Shown piece after piece: positions 63,072 to 64,000 of a stretch of 64,000 bases of DNA; position 1 is the stretch's first letter, and each line of letters begins with the position of its first letter. Below the pieces are notes generated by a model. It made no database searches, had not been told where the DNA came from, and saw nothing but the letters and a program-made list of their open reading frames with translations. Position numbers and translations under genes: made by a program. Source of the DNA: Clavelina lepadiformis (Eukaryota); contig NC_135248.1 in the NCBI RefSeq assembly GCF_947623445.1, positions 2,662,977-2,726,976 on the forward strand. The letters run 5' to 3'.

Positions 63072-64000
63072 CTTTTGGTCCAGTTCAACAAGTAATGAAA
63101 TCTTCTACTATCAATCTGAAAAACAAACAGTACCTAAAAGTATAGGAAACAATTGCATTACTGATAAGGACAGCTGTGTGTGTATGCAATGTATATAACT
63201 GGCTTCAGTAATAAGAAAAACATTGGAAAGTTTACCTTAACAAACTTACTTAAAACTTTGGTGATTTGGGTAGATTTTACATGTAGTTACTTTGACTTAA
63301 AAAGCCAAATTGACCTGAATTATTTCTCCTGCCTATCCCTCATATATTAGGTGGTGAATCAATATTACAATACATTCACAGCTACTACTATTAATGAACA
63401 TTAATACGATACTCCATGCTAGCCATTACCCTGATGCAGATGTTTCAAAAAAAAACAGTAGACTAATAAAATCTTTCTTGTCAATCAAGAACTCCCATCC
63501 TTCTAATAACTGAAATATACCCAATCTCACATAAGTACAAACAAGCAATAGCATAGCCAGTACTATACAGCACAGGTGTAACCAATTCAGTTTTTTTCAA
63601 ACTTGAGTCGAGTCATGCCAAGTGGCTGTCTGACGGGGTGAGGAGTCTACCGAATCAGACTTTTTGTATTTCGTCCAAAACTGAATTTTCGGCATTTAAA
63701 GAAACCAAGCTCTGTCGGCCAAATTGCCATATTTTCAATTTGTAACCGTTTGTATCATGGACGTGAACTAATTAATGCCTACCAACTGTGGTTTATAATC
63801 ATCAAGAAAAGCGGAAGATAAAACAGCATACACTTAGTAGCGAGATACTTAGTAAAAAATCTTGCAATTACTTACGTGACCTGTTGCTGAAACAAACGGT
63901 AAGTTAACTTTAGTGTTGAATTTTACTTCTGGTGCAACCTTGGGATATTTTTCTCCACAGTGTAAGACAAGTTGGTATATCCTTCCTTCAAATACTGTCT

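Noticed and set aside
1-64000. Prokaryotic interpretation: operons, defence islands, CRISPR arrays.
   Set aside because: Every recognisable protein is interrupted by GT-AG introns with polypyrimidine acceptors. The gene content is metazoan (TEP1, APEX2 with GRF finger, SLC5, Ly6/uPAR, sushi). There are no direct-repeat/spacer arrays, no Shine-Dalgarno-coupled ORF strings, and no rRNA/tRNA-like structure that I could recognise.

Overview
This window is eukaryotic (metazoan, probably an invertebrate) nuclear DNA. It is AT-rich and every gene is split by GT-AG introns, so the supplied ORF track mostly shows exon fragments rather than whole genes. No prokaryotic operon, CRISPR array, rRNA gene or defence island is present. 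I found no obviously novel multi-gene 'system'; the most noteworthy new-looking loci are the duplicated furin-site WxxW precursor genes and the inverted pair of Ly6/uPAR-sushi-VWA chimeric paralogs flanking TEP1. Gene content, left to right:
(1) Two tandem paralogous genes for a secreted protein, about 6.6 kb apart on the + strand (2762-6554 and 9409-12785). Each encodes a signal peptide, a propeptide with RKRR/RKKR/RRARR dibasic sites, a Pro-rich linker, three 6-Cys WxxW-type domains and a Gly/Arg/Asn/Pro-rich tail.
(2) A gene with an unusual Ly6/uPAR + 3x sushi(CCP) + VWA architecture (+ strand, 14256-18390), and an inverted paralog of it on the - strand (43796-47051). The pair brackets gene (3).
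(3) A ~21 kb, more than 35-exon TEP1 (telomerase-associated protein 1) ortholog on the + strand (21263-42165), with TROVE, DUF4062-like, NACHT P-loop and many WD40 repeats.
(4) A METTL25-like methyltransferase gene (52508-54564, +).
(5) An APEX2-like AP endonuclease with a C-terminal GRF zinc finger (55071-57540, +).
(6) An SLC5A8/SLC5A6-like sodium:solute symporter (57805-61543, +).
Mobile and repeat content: two related hAT-like MITEs with 8-bp target-site duplications (one found only in copy 1 of the duplicated gene); a ~1.5 kb TRIM-like LTR element with ~417-bp TG..CA terminal repeats; a thrice-repeated upstream module in front of the duplicated genes; a minisatellite.
Coordinates are hand-derived and may be off by 1-3 nt at splice junctions.
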